A DNA stretch of 52,195 nt, filler included, from Trypethelium eluteriae (Eukaryota): assembly GCA_051942245.1 (NCBI GenBank). It is 3 parts of 3 records of this genome, joined end to end, with 100 filler letters (N's around TTAATTAATTAA, not from the genome) between each part and the next. Parts side by side here need not be neighbours in the genome. Positions count along the whole stretch, not along the records: positions 34,912 to 52,195 come from JAVECL010000595.1; 2 more parts are not named here. One strand, written 5' to 3'. Of the stretch, positions 48,203-52,195 are shown piece after piece. The position numbers were made by a program, and so were the translations under genes. Position 1 is the stretch's first letter, and every line of letters starts with the position of its first letter. The notes below the pieces were generated by a model. That model did no database searches, had not been told where the DNA came from, and was given only the letters and a program-made list of their open reading frames with translations.

Positions 48203-49367
48203 ATGAAGACCGTTGCTGTCATTGGAGCTACAGGATCTCAAGGGGGAGGGGTAGCTCGTCAACTACAGAAGTCAGGAGAATGGCAAGTTCGAGGCATCAC
48301 TCGCAACGTGGAGTCCAAATCCGCTCAGAACCTCAAAACTGAAGGAATGGAAGTTGTGGCTGCAGATCTTGACGATCATGAGTCTCTGATGAAAGCCTTT
48401 CAAGTCAGTCTCCCTCTTTCTTGTTCCAAGCCCCCTCCCCAAAGTTCCACACCAGCATCGAGGATTCATGATAGCACCCCACAACCAAGAGATCCTTGTT
48501 CCTAAAGAGTTTCGGAGTACAGGGTGTCCATGCCATCTATGCAGTCACGAATTTCTGGGAACATATTTTCACGAAGGGCGCCGATGGTGCTGGCCAGCAC
48601 GAGGTCAAGCAAGCCTCCAACATCTCTGCTGCCGCTGCACATATTCCGACGCTTGAACATTATGTGTTCAGCACCTTACAACCAGCCTCGGTCATCTCTA
48701 AAGGCAAAGCTCCTGTCCCTCACATGGACTACAAAGCAACCGTAGATGATTACATCAAGAAAGAATTGCCAGAACTGGCCAAAAAGACAACGTTCCTTTG
48801 CATTGCTTTCTACGGTGCCAACTTAGCCGGAATTCCGTTTATGAAGCCTTTGGAATTGGTGGGTGCCTCGAGAACGATATGAAATTTCTGTACGTGCATT
48901 GTGCTGACGTACGACTGTCATCCTTCCAGCCGATGTCCGGAGGCAAATACATTTGGGCCCAGCCAACGCCTTCCACCGCTCTTCTTCCCCTTACTGGCAA
49001 TGGCAGCCACAACGTCGGCGTCTTTGTCCGCGCCATCATCTCCCACCCGGAGAAAACCCGCGGCAAGTACATGAATGTCAAGACCGAGGTTCTGACATTC
49101 CAGCAGATCTTGAATATCTGGTCTGAAGTCAGTGGGAAGGAAGCTGTGTACGCCGAGTTGGGTGTCGAAGAGTACGAGAAGCTGTGGGGCCCGGCTGGGA
49201 CTGAGATGGCCATGCAATATAAATTTGGTCAAGTAGCTAAGGGCGATTGGGAGGTTTTGATGAGGGAAAAGGGAGTGCTTGTGCAGCCAGAGGAAGTTGG
49301 TATTCGGAAGGGAGACTTGTTAGATTTGAGGCAGACACTTGAGGGGATGAAGGACAGTCTGGTGTAA
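48203..49367 (+). CDS. NmrA-like NAD(P)-binding protein (HSCARG family)
   Basis: VAVIGATGSQGGGV, VRGITRN..S..A, AVTNFWE, HYVFSTL and VPHMDYKA (HxxxK in place of YxxxK); two introns. Confidence 0.92.
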
Positions 49368-49809
49368 AACTGACAGCATCAGACGTATCGACGACTGCGA
49401 ATAGCTGCTAGGCTCGAGTTTTATTTCGTTTACTTTATACACTCGACTTCCCAACAATTCTCATTTGAACAGTGGAGGTATCTAAGCCAAGACAACATGC
49501 CATTTTAAGTGCATCTTAGATGATTTCAACCAATTGGAGATTTCCAGCAAGATCAATCCGTTACTTCTGCGAGCTTCGCGGCATAGCAACCGCCGACATG
49601 ATTTCCTAGTGTGAATGGCAATTGCCATGGGTTACAACACTGCTTCAGTAGGCCTCACACTCATGCGGCTCTTCATCACAAGATATGTGTTTGTTAGGAA
49701 AGTTTCTCAAGCCCACTTTCATTATCTACTTGTTGAAGCCTGGTCAACCTTTCCATAGCCGTAGATTCTCCCCATTGAACTTTACCTCGCGTCCTCGACA
49801 ATTAGCAAC

Positions 49810-50414
49810 ATGTCACAGAACATATTCTTCATATACGGTCTTCCCAGCGTCAATACTGCACCAATTATCACCCGGGTGCTCGAGATCTTCCAGGAGAATG
49901 GCGCTGCTGTTGAGACAACGACTCCAAACCCTCGGCGACCAGAATGTATAATGACGGTGATTTTCCACGGCCCGCGCTACTTCGATCTTGTCAAGGACGG
50001 TGAACAGGATGATTATTGGCAGACACGGCTCGTCACGACCATCCACACAGGTGTGAGGTCTTGATTGTTTCTTGCGATGAGCGCATCTAACTCCCCTCAG
50101 AAAGTTCAAGCACTGTAGCCCATGATTTCGAGGGTACCATAAGAATGTACAATCTTTTCGTTTATACTTTGATCCCTACGGGTGCGCGGAAGAGGTTCTT
50201 TCCAATAATCCTGCACTCTGGAGAAGACCTCGAGGGATTAAGAGAAGCGAGACGTATTGGTGGTTCTTTTGATGCACTAGAAATGGTCGAGAGATATGGA
50301 TTCACCTTGAACGTTATCGGGATCACGCTTGAGGAAATGGCCTGGATAATCTATGAAGAGGTGCTCGCCACCCACGACGGTGGTAGTGACGGAGAATCGC
50401 AGACAGAGTTATAG
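49810..50414 (+). CDS. Small hypothetical protein, degenerate P-loop kinase-like (paralogue A)
   Basis: Phase-1 intron 50051-50100 (GTGTGA..CTAAC..CAG) joins ORFs 49810 and 50145 in frame, giving about 184 aa. Similar to the downstream gene. Confidence 0.72.
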
Positions 50415-50757
50415 ACCTCTTGACTCGTGTTTCGTTGAACGTGAAGAGAAATATGATTCACGTGTAATAAAGTGTCATTGCTGCTCATGGCTTGCCTTTG
50501 TCGCGTTTGTCTCAGAGAAATTATGGCTGTGGTTAATGGCGCGCACGCGACAAGCGACAAAGACATGATAAAGGACTCTTTTCTTCGTGTAGGGGAAGAA
50601 ATCTCCACAGGAAATCTATCACAGAAAACTTCAGAATTCTTCAGAGATTTGTTCTCGAATTCAATCAGCAGATAGACTCGAAGAAGCCCACCCACACACA
50701 AATTGGCTGATTCAAGTCGCGTGATATATCGTACTCCTACTTCACAGCCCCTACAGA

Positions 50758-51392
50758 ATGGCTGTCAAAACAATTCACGTCTGGATCTACTCCTTTTGTC
50801 CTATCGATCTCCGGCCCTTTACTGAAGGATTCTTCGCTGCCTGCCAAACATTAAACCTCCGCGTCGAAGACATTATGAAGCTGGACGTTTACGATGACGT
50901 TGCACCCGGCTCTCAGAACAAGGTCCAGCGCCTGTCGGTTGTGAATAATATTGTCAGTCGAGCGAAGTGGGAACTTGACGTTGATCTGGGGGTCGTGGGA
51001 TACGTTACTCTTGGTATGTCCTTGCGCAGATGCTCAAAGCTTTACCTCATCATCTTGCCACCGCTGTGTTCCTAGAATTTACATTTTGCGCAGAAAGCTG
51101 ATCAATTTTGGAACTTTTAGAAAGCCAACAAGCCGAGTCCTTCAATAACCTAGTCCACGATTTCCGTGTAATGTCACATGCTATGCAGATTTCGGCAAGC
51201 ATGGGTGGCGTTTTCATTCCCATTGTCCTTCACTACGACAATATCGAGGACTTTGTCAGACAGGCGAAAGCGCAAGGTTTGGATATGCCCGAGCTCTTGA
51301 AGAATAGGGGTCTCGTAGTGGATGTTAGAGGGAAAGAGTCGAAGTCGCTGGGGAACATGATGTATGATCACGTTCAGAAGAACCAGAACTAG
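50758..51392 (+). CDS. Small hypothetical protein, degenerate P-loop kinase-like (paralogue B)
   Basis: Phase-1 intron 51014-51120 (GTATGT..CTGAT..TAG) joins ORFs 50758 and 51108 in frame, giving about 175 aa. Same intron position and phase as paralogue A. Confidence 0.72.
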
Positions 51393-52054
51393 GCAGATTA
51401 CATTATTCTGCGGGCCAGAGACCTTGGGTGAAGAGCATGCAATCCGAATGCTGATGAGATGTGAAGTATTTAGAAGAAATTGAAATGTTGTGTCTGTGAC
51501 AATGATAGAGCGTCCGCGGAGTGCCACGTGAGCAAATCTTATCCAGGTCGACGACAGTATCCCCCAAACACGCTTTAGTGTCAAAATCGTCCTTTACTCT
51601 TCCGTACCCTGAAGTTATTCGAACGAAAAGGTGTCAGATAAACCGTGAGGCAGACATGAGTGGAGTTGGTCTTAATACTTGTAAGACCCTATCTCATGAG
51701 ATATCTCTTCACCGATCACTACCATTTAGAGCCATTTAGATGTTAGCATCTTTGCTAAGGGAGCAACTGCAACAGCAAGAAAACAAAGACAACTATGCTT
51801 GGCAGTTCAATAGGGATGGTTAATCAATGCGAAGAAGTCGGGGTTAACCCAGTAGACTGCTAAACTAAAATCAGTTAGCTTGACAGCTCTATCGTACTCT
51901 ATTTTTGCCAAGCAATCGCCGGTATTTATCGCCCCTTTCGATGAAACATGTTCAAGGCTTCTTAAGAGGTAGAAACTCCCTGATACATCACATGGCCTTT
52001 GATCTCATCCCTCCCGTCTCATCTCATCCTATGTGCACGTAACCCTTAATAGAC

Positions 52055-52179
52055 AATTACAAAGAATTTGCTGTTATCAGCATAGTTTTCAGCGCAATCT
52101 GTATTAAAGCCTCTGTTAAGCTAATGTTGACACGGATTAGGGTAAAAGTTACGCTTATAACAGCCAGTTCTTTGTAATT
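52055..52179. repeat. Imperfect long inverted repeat / hairpin (MITE-like or small-RNA-precursor-like)
   Basis: Left arm AATTACAAAGAATTTGCTGTTATCAGCATAGTTTT versus reverse complement of right arm AATTACAAAGAACTGGCTGTTATAAGCGTAACTTTT. Inner arms AATCTGTATTAA versus AATCCGTGTCAA. Confidence 0.8.
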
Positions 52180-52195
52180 ATGTGCAAATTACCGC

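Noticed and set aside
1..52195. Secondary-metabolite cluster, TPP riboswitch, snRNA/snoRNA, or TGA-CTA readthrough PTS1
   Set aside because: No PKS, NRPS or terpene synthase backbone is present. I found no matching RNA consensus motifs or TGA-CTA stop contexts by eye; an Infernal/Rfam scan would be needed to exclude ncRNAs fully.

Overview
Gene-dense scaffold segment from a filamentous ascomycete (Pezizomycotina; short GT-AG introns with CTRAC branch sites). About 23 protein-coding genes or gene fragments: C2H2/fungal-specific transcription factor (runs off the left edge), Cys-rich F-box-like protein, PTS1-bearing SDR, OTU deubiquitinase, thiol/halide methyltransferase, DHA1 MFS transporter, atypical protein kinase, NADP-isocitrate dehydrogenase, dihydroxyacetone kinase, HET-domain protein, an orphan gene, RDS3/PHF5, pinin-like protein, CSN6, sorbitol-type dehydrogenase, epoxide hydrolase, the 5' end of a CDF zinc transporter absent from the ORF track, STL1-like sugar porter, an 11-knuckle CCHC (CnjB-like) protein, class I chitin synthase, NmrA-like protein and two small tandem paralogues. 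Two 100-nt placeholder gaps (N44-TTAATTAATTAA-N44) are assembly artefacts, and at least the second hides far more than 100 bp. Most notable: the tandem paralogues look like small P-loop kinases that have lost the Walker A GK motif; the chitin synthase has a ~90-aa propeptide-like loop insertion; the CCHC protein has Trp/Gly acidic ends; there is a 125-bp imperfect hairpin near the right edge; and TACTCCGTA recurs at least 8 times. I recognised no tRNA, rRNA, snRNA, riboswitch or intact transposon. All family calls come from motif recognition by eye, with no database search.
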